A DNA stretch of 64,000 bases from Macrostomum hystrix (Eukaryota > Animalia > Platyhelminthes): NCBI GenBank assembly GCA_950097015.1, contig CATNEN010000002.1:3534001-3598000 (forward strand), written 5' to 3'. The notes below the pieces were generated by a model, which worked only from the letters and a program-made list of their open reading frames with translations, was not told the origin of the DNA and searched no databases. Both the position numbers and the translations under genes were made by a program. Shown one piece after another: positions 34,250 through 47,100 of this stretch; the first letter of the stretch is position 1, and each line of letters starts with the position of its first letter.

Positions 34250-35299
34250 GGCGTTCGTTTCCGCAGTGAATGAGTAAAAGACTAACTCGAATCACACCGC
34301 TTTGCCACCAATGTTGTACCTGTGGTAGCGTGGCACACACAATTGGTAAAAATAACCAAGACAGGAACTAGATTTCGAGAGAGAGAGTTTATACCGGCCT
34401 CAAGACTGAATGCCTCGTAGCAGTGGAGCAACCCGGTAGTCAGGCTAGATTACCTAATTTCCTCGGTCGCTATTTAGGCTCTAGCAGTAATTCCTGCTAC
34501 TTTGGTTCCCTGCTCTGAAGCCTGGCGATGTGCTATGCTTCTAAATGCAACACACAGCCTTGCTTCACAATAATGTTAGCAGACAAGATACAAAGATTGC
34601 AAAAGAACACAATCGATGTGAAACGCATGAAGACTGAAGGACAGAAACGTGCCATATTCGTACAGAAGTTGTGCTACCGCGGTACTAACACCATCTCAAG
34701 GATTCGTCGGACTGTGCTCTACTTATAGTAGGAGCATTTGAGCGTTGTTATGCCAGTCTTCTTCCGAACTTAAGCGATTGCACCATGGTGTGCAATGTGA
34801 CTCAGTGCGCAGACAGAGCTGGAACGAGAGAACGAGAGAGGAGGGGGGGTGGCGAGCGGAAGTGACAGTGCACGGGAAACACTAACTACCAACCCTAGCC
34901 CTCCCACAGACCTAGAACAGCCTGACTCACAGATTGCCTGGAGGCTGCTCAGCAGTCTACAGCACATCACATACAAAAATAATTATTTAAATTTGGCATT
35001 ACGCACCATTGGACATAAGAATATCCGAAACTGCATGGCTTCTCCAGTCAATAATTCCTGGCGCATCTTGCCGACGTAGACGCTTGATAAATTTTTTGGA
35101 TCTGTTGTACTTCGGTAGTCATTTGGCAGTAACACAGCACTATTATCAGATGTGAGCCAATTTTTAGAAACAACCATAAATCCATCAGGAAAGCTTACCA
35201 GGCAGTTCTTTCTCATAATTTAATTTTGCTTTTGAGCTGCAAGAAAGGGATGATGCATAAATTGAAATTCAATAACATTTATACAATGTGACGATTCTT

Positions 35300-37560
35300 G
35301 AAATAACCAAGTCCGGCGATGATAACTCAGCGATTCCAAGTTAGTTCACAGAGAGTAGAATTCTGTGTAGTGGTAGCACTTAATCTTTATTTGCGAACAC
35401 TGAGGCGCACAACAAGCAGTGGATTAATATAAGTCAGGTGCAGGAGCTCAAAAGTACAAAGGGTGATGACACGCAAAGGTAATGATAATGAGAGCGGCGC
35501 GACGGCGAATTGAGAGAATGGCAGCGAGGTGTGGCGGACAGAAACTAGTGGCACTAGACAGTGTTAAACAGGAACAGGAGCACCAGGTAGGCTAGGACAA
35601 GGAGGACTGGTGGCGAGAGGGGGGAGGAAAGGTAAGGTAAGAGTGGACGCGAGCGGGCCTAAAGCCCTTAGTTAAATTAACTAGACAGACTGTAAAACAG
35701 GGCGATCGATAACTCTCGGAAACAGTCCCAGCCAATGAGCGTGCAAGCCCACTGGACAGGGTAGAATAGCTTGAGACATTAGTAGAAAATAAGCTAGGGC
35801 AACGCGGTGTGCATCCACGTCTACTTACAGTAGCGCGCACAGAATAATAATTAATTATATGAACTGGATAAATTGAAGGCAGCAAAAAGACATTATTTAA
35901 CGGCCCAAGTTATTACATATTTAGGAATTCGTAAGTTACAATTCACAGTGACAGTGACAACGTCACAACAAATTCTCTACACAAAAACATCAGTTTTTGG
36001 TATTACCAGTACTCATTTATCAACAGATACATGATACTTACTAGTTTGTAGATTTAACCAACTAGAAGCAATTAACTGTGTGATGCAGGGGAGGAATGAG
36101 GACAAGTGGTGCTAAGTATAGAAAAAATTGACGGGCTAAAGTTGCTTTCCATAAACTAAGATGCTGCAATGGAGCAGGACGGCGAGAAAAATCAGTTGGT
36201 AAATATACACCAGCGTGAAGGAGATAGGCATTGATCTTGCACTGGAGAGTCTGATTAACGATATGGCAAAGGACCTTATTTCAAGATTTTTAGTGCTATG
36301 AAGCCAACACCACGAAACAATAAATGCATTGGATCCGCAGGAAATCCAGCAATCATATCAATATCCAAGTCTTCAAATGGTGAATGCATGGTGATGTAAT
36401 TCTTGAGCCGGTTCTCGGTATGATTTGTCTGTTCTTAACTCTGCATCAGTCTCCAAAAAGACAACTGTATTGCCTTTGTTGATTGTTTTCACATAATCAG
36501 TTGTTCCTTTTTGGCAACATCGATCACATCCAAAGAATCCAGTATAGCCTTTTATACATTTGATAAAATAATGGGCTGGAGTATCACAAATCACATATTC
36601 TAGACTGACATTGAAGTGAGTTCCGCATACACTTAAACCATTCTGCAAAGATCTGCAAAGACCATTCTGCATCTCATCAATAAATAGAGCTAGGAACTCT
36701 TTTGCAGATGATGGTTTAGCAGGTCCATAATATAAGCCAACAATAAATGTAGGTGATGGAATTCCTCTTATATTAGCAACCATTGTCCAAAATCCCTTTG
36801 TAGTACTATTAAAGATAGGTAATCCATCAATACAAAGTAATAAGTGGATCTCATTAGAGTGGGGCAAGTTGTTGATAGCATTTAATGACTGAAGGATAAA
36901 CTTAATACCTGAAGAAATTCCAAAGTGATAGTACTTTCCAGGTGGAACATCAATTAGTTCAGCAGCTTTAGGAGAATCTAGAAAAGTTCTTGGGTCTTTT
37001 GGGAGTGTAAGTTGACTTGGCCTTAATAAATCCAATAAATCTTTCACAATATGTTATTATAATAATTATAATTATAATTATAATTCTAATAATAATAACA
37101 ATAATAATAATATGCTTTAGGTTATGATTAATACACAATGACTTCAAGGCCTCAGCAAACTTCTCTACATGACCCTCTGCATTGTCATTTTCTTCAAAGA
37201 AACTATTGTCATCACTGGAAGTATCACTAGAAAATACGTCATCTTCTTCAATGTTAAAAAAATCATGGAACTTCACAATTCTCAGGTTCATTAGCTTTAT
37301 TTGATGTCACAATTCATTGGTTGATATTGAACAATTGAACTTTTATTTTCATCCTTATAAACAACTTGGGATACTTCATCTTGGATAGTATCATCTTCCC
37401 TTGATGAGCTTATCAGAGTAGAACTCAATTTCATCAATTCATTTGCTAACTTGTTATACTTCTTAGATGCCATACTATTTTGGTATTAGTATTTTCACTT
37501 AAAAGGGAAAATTATAGACAGAACTTTTTAATAAAGTAAAAAATAAAAAAATTATAGCCA
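35300..37560 (-). pseudogene. EnSpm/CACTA-type (CMC superfamily) transposase, decayed
   Basis: LPKDPRTFL, IDGLPIF, GLYYGPAKP..EFL, ICDTPA..FIK..KG.TGFFGCDRC, LRTD.SY and PTDFSRRP..L..WKATLARQFFLY motifs. Interrupted by stops, a microsatellite and the solo LTR; probable N-terminus at 42453-42667, beyond the next Gypsy. Confidence 0.82.
35364..35970 (-). mobile_element. Solo LTR, 607 bp
   Basis: TG...CA ends, 5-bp TSD AATTC (35359-63, 35971-75), AATAAA near the 3' end on the minus strand. Confidence 0.85.
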
Positions 37561-37896
37561 TAGGCAATATTAATTCAATTCTTGTTATTACATTCCATTT
37601 TGGAAAGCAATTCCAAAATGATAGTATTTGCCAGGAGTAAGATTAATTATCTCAATTGTGCCTTAAGACCCAAGAAATGTACGAGGATCAATTGGAAGTT
37701 CTGGATAGCTTGGTTTTAGTAGTTTAAGAAGATCTTTGATTGCCATGTGAAAATTTATGATCAATACAGACCTGCTTAAATTTCTCACTGAAACCTTCAT
37801 TATCAGACTCTTGGTCTATAAAACTACCAAATCTTTCATCACCACTGCTATTAACATTATTATTACTAATAACAGCTCCAACTTCTTCTTCCAAAG

Positions 37897-40800
37897 TGTC
37901 GGGCTATGTCAATTGTTAGTGCAGTCACTGTCGTTGTTGTAATAGTTCAGTTCATTTAAGTGCGCGCGCGCCACCCCCGCCGCTGTTATTTACTTTGATG
38001 TGTCTTATACAACCACCCATCCTCCACCCTATTGTTATCTCGTGTGATTGCTGAATCATGCCTGTCTGGCACAATATATATTGATCGAAGGTGCACGGCT
38101 AGAGTTTGCGCTTGTGACTGTCCTGCAACCTGCTCAATGCGTTTGCTTCTGTTCTTCAATTAACCCACGACTTCACAGTGGCGACGAAGATGGCTGCGAC
38201 TATTCCTACACTCTCTGCAAACTCTGATGTTGAGGTTTACATCGAGAGGCTAGATCAGTACCTGGTCTACAAGGAAGTTAAAGACGAAGCGAAGGTTGCA
38301 ACCCTGATCACAGTCATTGGAGAAGAGGCATACAAGCTGCTCCGCAACCTGTGCCTGCCAGACGCAGTGTCCTCCAAGCCCTACGAAACGTTGACACAGC
38401 TGCTGAAGGATCACTACGCTCCAAAAACATCAATGCTCTCGGCCAGATTTCGTTTTCAGCAGCGCATCCAGAGACCCGGCGAGAGCTTCACCGACTTCGT
38501 TGCCGGTCTCAAAGCAGCTTCTGAGCACTGCAAGTTCGGCATTACTCTGACCGAGAGGCTACGCGACCAGCTCATCTTCGGCATACGCAGTGACGCCCAC
38601 CGAGCGAAGCTTCTGGAAGTCGAGGATCCGACTTTTGATGCCCTGACTAAGAAGATTGAAACGCTGGAGACGGCAGAGATGTCCTCATCCGAGATGACAC
38701 ACAGGGCCGAGCCAGTGGCCCACCTGCGCCCGCACAGGAACCCGTCTGGAGCCAAGGGAGTCAAGGACGTCAGCAGGCAAGCTCCTCGCCGGTCAGCTGC
38801 CAGCTTCGCTGACCCAGCTCGGGCAGCGCAGTCGTGCTCGGCCGCAAGTGCGTGTGCAAGCTGCGGCGGCGCCCATAGTCGGCAGCAGTGCAAGCTGCGC
38901 GAGGCCAAATGCCACGGCTGCGGTAAGGTCGGCCACATCCGGAAGGTGTGCAAGTCATCCAGGCTGCACAAAGTAGATCCCGAGCCGGCTGAGGCGCAGG
39001 AGCCCCTTTTCAGCCTTAGGCAAGGCGGATCAAGCAAGGGACTGGTAGTCAAGTTGCTTGTTCAGGGCAGCCCATGCTGTTTCGAGGTGGACACCGGGTC
39101 CGCCCTCACTGTCATACCCAAGAACCTGCAAGAGGAGGTCCTGCCGGACTTGCGCTTGTCGCCGACCTCCACGGTGCTGCGTACCTACACTGGAGAAAGC
39201 TTTCGGCCAGTCGGGCAGGCGGAGGTCACCGTCCAGCACAACAGCCAGGACCTGCGGCTGCCACTGCTGGTCGTCGAACAAGGCGACGTCGCGTTGCTCG
39301 GCCGAGACTGGCTGGCGAAGCTGAAACTTGACTGGCCGAGGATCTTCGGGCAAGTCAACTCGGTGACTGGCGAGGCGGATGGTCTGATCGCGCAGTTTCC
39401 CGAGGTCTTCCAAGGCGGCCTGGGCACCTATCGGCACGGCGAGGTGAAGCTGCACATGCCTGCGGAGGCTAAGCCACGCTTTTTCAAGGCCAGGCCGGTC
39501 CCCTACGCGCTCCGAGAACGCGTTGACGACGAGCTTCGGCGGATGGAGGCGGACGGCATCATCACATCAGTCAAGTACTCAGACTGGGCGGCGCCCATCG
39601 TGCCCGTGGTTAAGAAGAACGGTGCAGTGCGGATCTGCGGAGACTATAAGCTGACCTACAATGCGGAGGCTACGCCAGAGCTGTACCCGCTGCCGCGCAT
39701 CGAAGACTTGTTCGCTAAGTTGGGCGGCGGCTGCAAGTGGTCCAAGCTGGACATGTCGAACGCCTTTCTGCAGCTGCCCCTATCTAAGGACAGTAAGATT
39801 TTCTTGACCATCAATACGCAGCGAGGTCTGTTCCAGCTGAACCGCATGCCATTTGGCATCAACTGCGCCAGCGCCGTGTTCCAGCGCACGCTCGACTCTC
39901 TGCTCGGTGACCTGGAGTCGGTGCAAGTCTTCGTTGACGATATCCTGGTGACAGGCAGAACTCTGCAGCATCATCGCGAGAATCTCACCAAGGTCCTTCA
40001 ACGCCTCCAGGAGGCGGGTCTACGGTTAAACAAGGACAAGTGCGAGTTCTTCCGCGACTCGGTCGATTACCTGGGCCATCGGATCGACAGCCAAGGTCTG
40101 CGGCCGCTGGCGGAGAAGGTGACGGCAGTGCAGGACGCGCCGGCGCCCACTGATTGCAGTCAGCTTCGAGCCTATCTCGGCATGCTAACTCACTACGGTA
40201 AGTTTCTGCCTCATCTGTCTACCGTGGTCGCTCCGCTCAACCAGTTGCTGACTAAGAACGCCCGCTGGTGCTGGGGAGAGCCCCAGCAGCTGGCCTTCCA
40301 GAGGTCCAAGCGCCTACTGCTCGAGTCTCCGGTGCTTGTTCACTACGACTCGAAGCTGCCGCTGCGATTAGAGTGCGACGCCAGCCCCTACGGACTCGGC
40401 GTGGTGCTGACACATCGAATGGACGGCCAGGACCGAGCGATCGCCTTCGCTAGCCGCAGCCTGACTACGGCTCAGAAGGGCTACTCGCAGCTGGACAAAG
40501 AGGCCCTTGCGATCATGTTCGGCCTCCAGCGTTTCAATCAGTTCCTGCAAGGCCGCAAATTTGTCATCGTGACCGACCACAAGCCGCTCCTGGGACTTCT
40601 AGGCGAGCACAAAGGCATCCCTGAGCACGCGGCTGCCCGCATGCAGCGCTGGGCGATCCGCTTGGCTGGTTATGACTACGCGCTTGAGTTCCGGCCCACC
40701 AGCAAACACGCAAACTGCGATTCACTGTCCCGGCTGCCGCTGCCGAGACAGTTCGAGGAGGAGCCGGCCGTAAACGCCCTGCTGCTCGACGAGGAGACCG

Positions 40801-42452
40801 GGTCTGCTATCACGGCTCAGGCGGTGGCACGGCACACGCGTTCGGATGCTACCCTCGGCCGGGTGCTTCGCTGCCTGCAGACTGGCGCCCCGATGGCGTC
40901 GTCGGACCTGACGGACTTCGCGAGGCGGCAAGACGAGCTGAGCGTCGAGCAGGGCTGCGTGCTGTGGGGTGCCCGAGTAGTGGTACCGACGGCCCTGCGG
41001 CAAGGCGTGCTGGATGAGCTTCACCAGGCGCACCCTGGCATCAACCGCATGCGAGCGCTGGCCCGCAGCTACGTCTGGTGGCCCGGTCTGGACAGGCAGC
41101 TCGAGACGACCGTCAAGGCCTGCCGGACCTGCATGCTGAACCAGGCCGATCCGCCCAAGGCGCCGGTGCAGCCGTGGCCGTTCCCAGCCGAACCGTGGGC
41201 AAGGCTGCACATTGACTTCGCCGGGCCCGTCAACGGCCGCACCTACCTGGTCATTGTGGACGCCTTCAGTAAGTGGCCGGAGGTTCTGCAGGTGCACAGT
41301 GTGACGGCGGCGGCGACCATTGAGCGTCTTCGTGAGGTGTTCGCGAGACTTGGCATTCCGCGCGTGCTGGTCTCTGACAACGGCACGCAGTTTACCTCGG
41401 GGGAGTTCAGCGAGTTCACCAGGCGCAACGGCATTCGTCACGTCTTCTCGGCGCCCTTCCACCCGGCCACAAACGGCCAGGCGGAGAGATTCGTGCAGGT
41501 GCTCAAGCGACATCTGCTCAAGAGCGGCCACTCGACAGCCGCACTGCAACAAATGCTAATTTCCTACCGCAACACGCCGCACTCAATCACCGGCGCGGCC
41601 CCCAGTCAGCTGCTCATCGGTCGCAGACTACGCAGCCGGCTGGACCTACTGATGCCATCGCTGACGAACAGCATGCAGCAGCGCCAAGAGCAGCAAGTGG
41701 AGCAGCAGCCGCGAGCACGCGAGTTCCATGCCGGCGACCCAGTGCTGCTGCGCGACTTCAGCTCGGATGCCAGGACCGGCGGCGGCCGCTGGACAGAGGG
41801 CACTGTCGTTTCCGCCGGGTCCCGCAACTGCGCCGTCGATGTTCGCGGAACTATCCACCGGCGGCACACAAACCAGCTGCTGTCGGCCGCCCTCCCACCG
41901 CCGACAACTCCCGTGACCCCGCTAGTAGTCACAGCCGAGGCACCGTCGACCTTGGCGGAGCCTGGCGGTCAGGACATCGAGGCGCCGGCAGTCGGGGCAG
42001 CCGCCGACGCCACCGACGCCGCCGACGCTAGCGATGCAACGTCCCCGACAGACACACCAGCTCGTCGCTACCCGCTACGGCAAAGGCGACCACCCGAGCG
42101 GTTGCAATCGTGATTAGGGACTCGAATGGACTATGCGGATCGACTGGGATGTTTCTAGCCTAGGGGGGAGATGTCGGGCTATGTCAATTGTTAGTGCAGT
42201 CACTGTCGTTGTTGTAATAGTTCAGTTCATTTAAGTGCGCGCGCGCCACCCCCGCCGCTGTTATTTACTTTGATGTGTCTTATACAACCACCCATCCTCC
42301 ACCCTATTGTTATCTCGTGTGATTGCTGAATCATGCCTGTCTGGCACAATATATATTGATCGAAGGTGCACGGCTAGAGTTTGCGCTTGTGACTGTCCTG
42401 CAACCTGCTCAATGCGTTTGCTTCTGTTCTTCAATTAACCCACGACTTCACA
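37897..42452 (+). mobile_element. Full-length Gypsy element (Mag-like, single ORF)
   Basis: 281-bp LTRs at 37897-38177 and 42172-42452, identical by eye; TSD CAAAG; PBS-position TGGCGACGAAG; PPT AGGGGGGAGA. Confidence 0.97.
38190..42113 (+). CDS. Gag-Pol polyprotein, intact
   Basis: Two tandem Cys/His knuckles, VDTGS, FVDDIL, CDAS, HPG..RM, DNG.QF and ATNGQAER in one uninterrupted frame. Confidence 0.96.
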   Translation: MAATIPTLSANSDVEVYIERLDQYLVYKEVKDEAKVATLITVIGEEAYKLLRNLCLPDAVSSKPYETLTQLLKDHYAPKTSMLSARFRFQQRIQRPGESFTDFVAGLKAASEHCKFGITLTERLRDQLIFGIRSDAHRAKLLEVEDPTFDALTKKIETLETAEMSSSEMTHRAEPVAHLRPHRNPSGAKGVKDVSRQAPRRSAASFADPARAAQSCSAASACASCGGAHSRQQCKLREAKCHGCGKVGHIRKVCKSSRLHKVDPEPAEAQEPLFSLRQGGSSKGLVVKLLVQGSPCCFEVDTGSALTVIPKNLQEEVLPDLRLSPTSTVLRTYTGESFRPVGQAEVTVQHNSQDLRLPLLVVEQGDVALLGRDWLAKLKLDWPRIFGQVNSVTGEADGLIAQFPEVFQGGLGTYRHGEVKLHMPAEAKPRFFKARPVPYALRERVDDELRRMEADGIITSVKYSDWAAPIVPVVKKNGAVRICGDYKLTYNAEATPELYPLPRIEDLFAKLGGGCKWSKLDMSNAFLQLPLSKDSKIFLTINTQRGLFQLNRMPFGINCASAVFQRTLDSLLGDLESVQVFVDDILVTGRTLQHHRENLTKVLQRLQEAGLRLNKDKCEFFRDSVDYLGHRIDSQGLRPLAEKVTAVQDAPAPTDCSQLRAYLGMLTHYGKFLPHLSTVVAPLNQLLTKNARWCWGEPQQLAFQRSKRLLLESPVLVHYDSKLPLRLECDASPYGLGVVLTHRMDGQDRAIAFASRSLTTAQKGYSQLDKEALAIMFGLQRFNQFLQGRKFVIVTDHKPLLGLLGEHKGIPEHAAARMQRWAIRLAGYDYALEFRPTSKHANCDSLSRLPLPRQFEEEPAVNALLLDEETGSAITAQAVARHTRSDATLGRVLRCLQTGAPMASSDLTDFARRQDELSVEQGCVLWGARVVVPTALRQGVLDELHQAHPGINRMRALARSYVWWPGLDRQLETTVKACRTCMLNQADPPKAPVQPWPFPAEPWARLHIDFAGPVNGRTYLVIVDAFSKWPEVLQVHSVTAAATIERLREVFARLGIPRVLVSDNGTQFTSGEFSEFTRRNGIRHVFSAPFHPATNGQAERFVQVLKRHLLKSGHSTAALQQMLISYRNTPHSITGAAPSQLLIGRRLRSRLDLLMPSLTNSMQQRQEQQVEQQPRAREFHAGDPVLLRDFSSDARTGGGRWTEGTVVSAGSRNCAVDVRGTIHRRHTNQLLSAALPPPTTPVTPLVVTAEAPSTLAEPGGQDIEAPAVGAAADATDAADASDATSPTDTPARRYPLRQRRPPERLQS

Positions 42453-43118
42453 CAAAGCATCTTCACTAGAACTATTATTAGAATCATATTTTGCACTTAA
42501 GAAATGCTAGAATTTGAAGTTATATTTTGGTCTTGGAGTTGACAATTATTAGCAGTTGAATTTTCATTATAAATACTATCAGTAGAATCAGTTTCACTAG
42601 AAGATGAAACTAAGTGTGCACTTAATTATATTAAATGACTTGCAGCTTTTTTGTCTATTAGATGCCATGTAATTTTGAATTGTTTATTAGGAGTTAAATT
42701 AACTTATACTCGTAGCTAGGCTTGTAACATTGCAGTGTACCGTATTGTCTAAATTAGGTAATCTTCGAGAATATTCTAAGTCAAATCCTTCTATAATTTT
42801 CTCAGAATTTCTAGAAGTTCTCAAAAGTAAATGTTATATTTCTATTAATCAGCTTGCAGTTAATTATAAGACTTAGATAATACTTTATCGTCACATATTT
42901 CGTACTATAGTTATTTCCGAATATTAACTTTGTTATAATGCAATAAAACATTCTAGAATATTCCGTTGGACACTATAAATATAAGTAGCCAAGGAGTGCA
43001 ATCTCCAACCTTCCTCAAGCTCTCGGTCATACGATCGACAACCAACCGAAAAGAACCACCGCCTTTGTTCTCTGATTCATTACGAAAACTTTACAACTGG
43101 TCCGGCGAGGCGACAAAC

Positions 43119-44132
43119 ATGATAAATCCCAGCGAGGAAACGACTTCACCGTCGGACAGCAATCCAACTCCTACACCGGTAGTCAGTCAGCCAAGCGCTA
43201 CCACAAGCGCCGCGCCTCCGCCCATGAGCCAGCCCAGCAGCATCACCATTGCTCCTACATCGTTAGGTCAGCCTTACGTCGTCGCAGACTCTATGCCACT
43301 GCCAGTTTTCCAACCCACGTTAGCAGCTGTAAGCGTTAAGGCACCACCATTCTACCGCAATAACCCCGATGCGTGGTTTCAGACTCTCGAGTCACAATTC
43401 AAGCTGGCACGCATCACGTCGGAGGATACTCAGTACCATCATCTCGTTGCAAACCTGCCTGAGGACATCGCCTCTGTGCTCCTGACGGCCGAGACCGTAG
43501 CCAACTACGCTGCTCTGAAGACAAGCGTCTGCAATATGATGCAAAAGAGCAAGCAGGAGAAAATCAACGACCTGCTGGCTACTTCGGACCTCGGCGGAGA
43601 TAAGCCGTCCATCTTTCTGCAACGACTCACGGCCAAGATGTCGCAATGCGGAATCCAGCCGTCCGCCTGCCCCGACATGGTCAAGGCAACGCTGCTGCGC
43701 TGCCTACCCAACGAATTTCGCATCGCTCTATCCGGCTTTCAGCACCAGTCGCCAGCAGAACTCGCTTCAATCGCCGACTCGATGTTCGCAGTCCAGAACA
43801 CATTCGGCAAAGTCAACGCTGCTCTGCCTAGCATGGTCGCGGCCCTCCCCGCGACATCGCACGGCGACTCCAGCCAGGCTCGGAAGCCGAATCGGGGCGG
43901 CATGAAGCCCTTTAAACCGGGCCAACGTCCGGTCATATGCCGCGCGCACGTTTTCTACGGTCTCCAAGCTCGCTCCTGTCGCCGATGGTGCCAATTTCCG
44001 AAGACGCCCGGGCACTCCCCGCATGTTCTCTCGAACAACGAGACGACGCCTGCTCAATCGCGTTCTTCGTCGCCAGTGCGACACAGTCAGGCCCCGGGAA
44101 ACAGGATGGCGCTGCCCACCACGCCGCAGTGA
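43119..44132 (+). CDS. Gypsy gag
   Basis: K.PPF..NNPDAWF..LESQF, KPS.FL.RL and the C..H..YG..A..C...C motif typical of this Gypsy group. Confidence 0.9.
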   Translation: MINPSEETTSPSDSNPTPTPVVSQPSATTSAAPPPMSQPSSITIAPTSLGQPYVVADSMPLPVFQPTLAAVSVKAPPFYRNNPDAWFQTLESQFKLARITSEDTQYHHLVANLPEDIASVLLTAETVANYAALKTSVCNMMQKSKQEKINDLLATSDLGGDKPSIFLQRLTAKMSQCGIQPSACPDMVKATLLRCLPNEFRIALSGFQHQSPAELASIADSMFAVQNTFGKVNAALPSMVAALPATSHGDSSQARKPNRGGMKPFKPGQRPVICRAHVFYGLQARSCRRWCQFPKTPGHSPHVLSNNETTPAQSRSSSPVRHSQAPGNRMALPTTPQ

Positions 44133-47100
44133 GTAGCGTCGAGCCTGGGAGTGCGGCGAGAAAAAACTTCCTGGTGGTAGACCTCACCTTCAGCAACAGG
44201 TGCCTCTCCTTTCTTGTCGACACAGGCGCTGCCGTGTCCATCATTCCGACAAAGTACCTCCACCAGGCTCTCCAAGCAACCGGGTACCGATTGACAACCG
44301 CCACCGGTGAGTCCATTCCTGTTTCCGGAGAGATTACGCTCACCATTGCCATCCGAGGTCTTCGCCGATCGTTTAAGTGGACCTTCCTCGTCGCCACCGT
44401 CATTCAGCCGATTCTCGGGTACGACTTTCTGTCTCAGTTCGGATTGCTCGTGGACTGCAAGGCCCGACAGCTGGTGGATCCTGAAACGAACCTGCACACG
44501 CAGACGCTGCCTGTCGCCAGCTTGCAGCTCGACACCTTTGCCATCTCCTTAGCGTACCCGGAGCACTGTGACGCGCGAGTCCAGCAGCTCATCGACCGTT
44601 TTAAGGACACATTCTCGTACGTCGAAGGCGGCCGCTTGCCCAAAGCCGAGGAGGTCGGGCACGACACGAAGCACCATATCATCACCTACGAGCACCCGCC
44701 AGTTCACGCCAAAGCTCGACAGCTACATCCCGAGAAGTTGGCGATCGCCAAGGACGAATTCCAGCAGCTGATCGACGCCGGATACCTTCGGCCTTCCGCC
44801 AGCAACTGGGCGTCACCACTACACATGGTCCCCAAGAAGGACAACGGCGTCCCCAACGGCAAATGGCGACCCTGTGGCGACTACCGGCAACTCAACAAGC
44901 TCACCAAGCCGGACAACTATCCGATTCCGCACATTCAGTGCTTCACAAGAAGTCTTCACGGCGCGAGGGTCTTCTCGAAACTGGACCTCGTACGAGCGTA
45001 CCACCAGATTCCGATCGCCGAGGAGGACATCCCGAAGACCGCCATCATTACACCGTTTGGTCTCTACGAATGGACCCGGATGCCATTCGGCCTGAGGAAC
45101 GCAGCACAAACATTCCAGCGTTTCATTGACAGCGTTCTGCGCGGACTTCCGTTCGCGGTCGCCTACATCGACGACCTGCTGGTTGCCTCCCCCAGCGAGG
45201 AGGAACACCTGCAGCACATGGAAGCAGTCCTGCAACGTCTGGCCCAGCACGGACTCAAAGCGCAGCTCAACAAGTGCGCCTTCATGCAGCGCGAGGTGAC
45301 TTTCCTGGGACATCAGGTATCAGCCGAGGGCATACGGCCTCTCGCATCCAAGGTCGACACCATCCGCCAGTGGCCGGCTCCCAAGGACCCCCACGCCCTG
45401 CGTCGATTCCTCGGCGTCATCGGGTTCTACCGACGCTTTGTCCCGCAGTTCGCCGAAATCGCAACACCTCTGCAGGATCTCGTCACTACAACACTGCAGT
45501 CTCCGAGATCCTACAGATGGGACCCGGCTCATCAACAGGCCTTTGACAAGCTCAAGGCAACCTTAGCGGAGAGACTTCTGCTGCAGCACCCGGACCCCAA
45601 GTGCGACTCATACAGTCTCGTCACTGATGCTTCGTCCAGCAGCGTCGGCGCAGCTCTGCATCAATCGACCGACGCTACCACGACGCCCATTGGCTTGTTC
45701 AGCAAGAAACTGTCGGCAGCACAACAGAAGTACTCAGCTTTCGACAGGGAACTTCTCGCAGTGTACCTCGCTGTTCTGCACTTCCGGAGCCTGATCGAGG
45801 GTCGCAAGGTAACAGTCTTCACGGATCACAAACCCCTCGCCCAGGCGTTCCGCAGCAGCAACACCGGCACCTCCGACCGGAATCAACGGTACCTGAGCGT
45901 CATCGCCGAGTACGTCGTGGATATCACCTATATCCGCGGCTCCGACAACATCATAGCTGATGCGCTATCCCGGCTTGACGAGGGCACCACCCCGGTCAAC
46001 AGCGTCCTACCGACAACACCCATCGACATCCCGGCCATCGCCGAATGTCAGGCAAAGGAGCAGCTGCAGCCATCCGAGGGCTGCCGACCCTTCCCGGTGA
46101 ACGGACAGCGGACGATTCTTTGTGAGACCTCCTCGAGCTACCCGCGCCCGGTCATACCGGAGTCGATGCGACGAGCGACGCTGCAACACTTTCATGACAT
46201 CGGACACTTCGGTTTCCGCAAGACAGCTCGCCTCATCACGTCGCGCTACTTCTGGCCCAACATGCGCGCGGATATCAAAGACTACTGCCGAGCCTGCCAG
46301 ACCTGCCAGCGCAACAAGGTCAGCCGCCACACCATATCCGGCACCTCAGCGTTCGATCTGCCTTCAAACCGGTTTGAGACCGTCCACATCGACATTGTCG
46401 GCCCGTTGCCAGTTCCCGAGCGAAAGCACGACGTCTCATGCGGCCTAACTCCACGGTACCTGCTCACCATGATAGACCGAGGCACGAGCTGGATCGAAGC
46501 AACGCCGATCGAGTCCATCACGGCTCAGAGTGTCGCGTCCGCTTTCCTAGCATCCTGGATCTCGCGATTCGGCGTACCCCTCTACGTCGTCACCGACCGC
46601 GGCGCGCAGTTCGAAGCGGACCTCTTTAACATCCTGGCTACCAGCGTCGGCTTCTACCGGCTTCGGACGACAGCGTACCATCCGCAGACCAACGGGAAGA
46701 TCGAGCGAGCTCACCGGACGCTCAAGCACATCCTGAAGGCTCATGGACAGGAGTGGCTCGACAACCTGCCCCTCGCACTACTCGCCATGCACATCAACCC
46801 GGACGAGGATGGAGTCAGCCCTTTCACGCGTCTCACAGGAGAGCATCCGATGCTGCCGAGAGTCCTGGCCACCGAGGACGTCGACCCCAATGATCTACGG
46901 CTTCGAATGGACGATATCACCGACGACGGCGCGCGACCTTCGCCTTCGACGGCCAAGCGATACATCCCAGCAGACCTCTGGACGGCGGAAAAGGTCTGGG
47001 TGCGAGTGGATCGCGTCCGCAAACCCTTGGAAGCACCCTACCAGGGGCCCTACCCGGTCATACGTCGGACGGCAAAGTTCTTCATTCTGGAGCTCCACCC

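Larger units (their letters stand above)
25853..34969 (-). mobile_element. Full-length Gypsy element with gag, pol and ORF3
   Basis: 658-bp LTRs at 25853-26510 and 34312-34969 (three substitutions seen), TSD CATA, PPT TGGAGGAGAA, Leu-like PBS at 34287-34310. Confidence 0.97.
18600..35216 (-). pseudogene. DUF4806-like gene C (second gene of the CMC element), split by two LTR elements
   Basis: Pieces: 35216-~35010 (CLVSFPDGFMVVSKNWL), ~25650-25100 (SETDIEAKRRRTAP, AGASTPGRSQ repeats), and 24980-24933 plus 18759-18640. The last two read in frame WIKEIIARLLAIEEKIGAM..LPCKTIEGLLEFGERLQSD once the 18764-24932 insertion and one TSD copy are removed. Confidence 0.6.
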
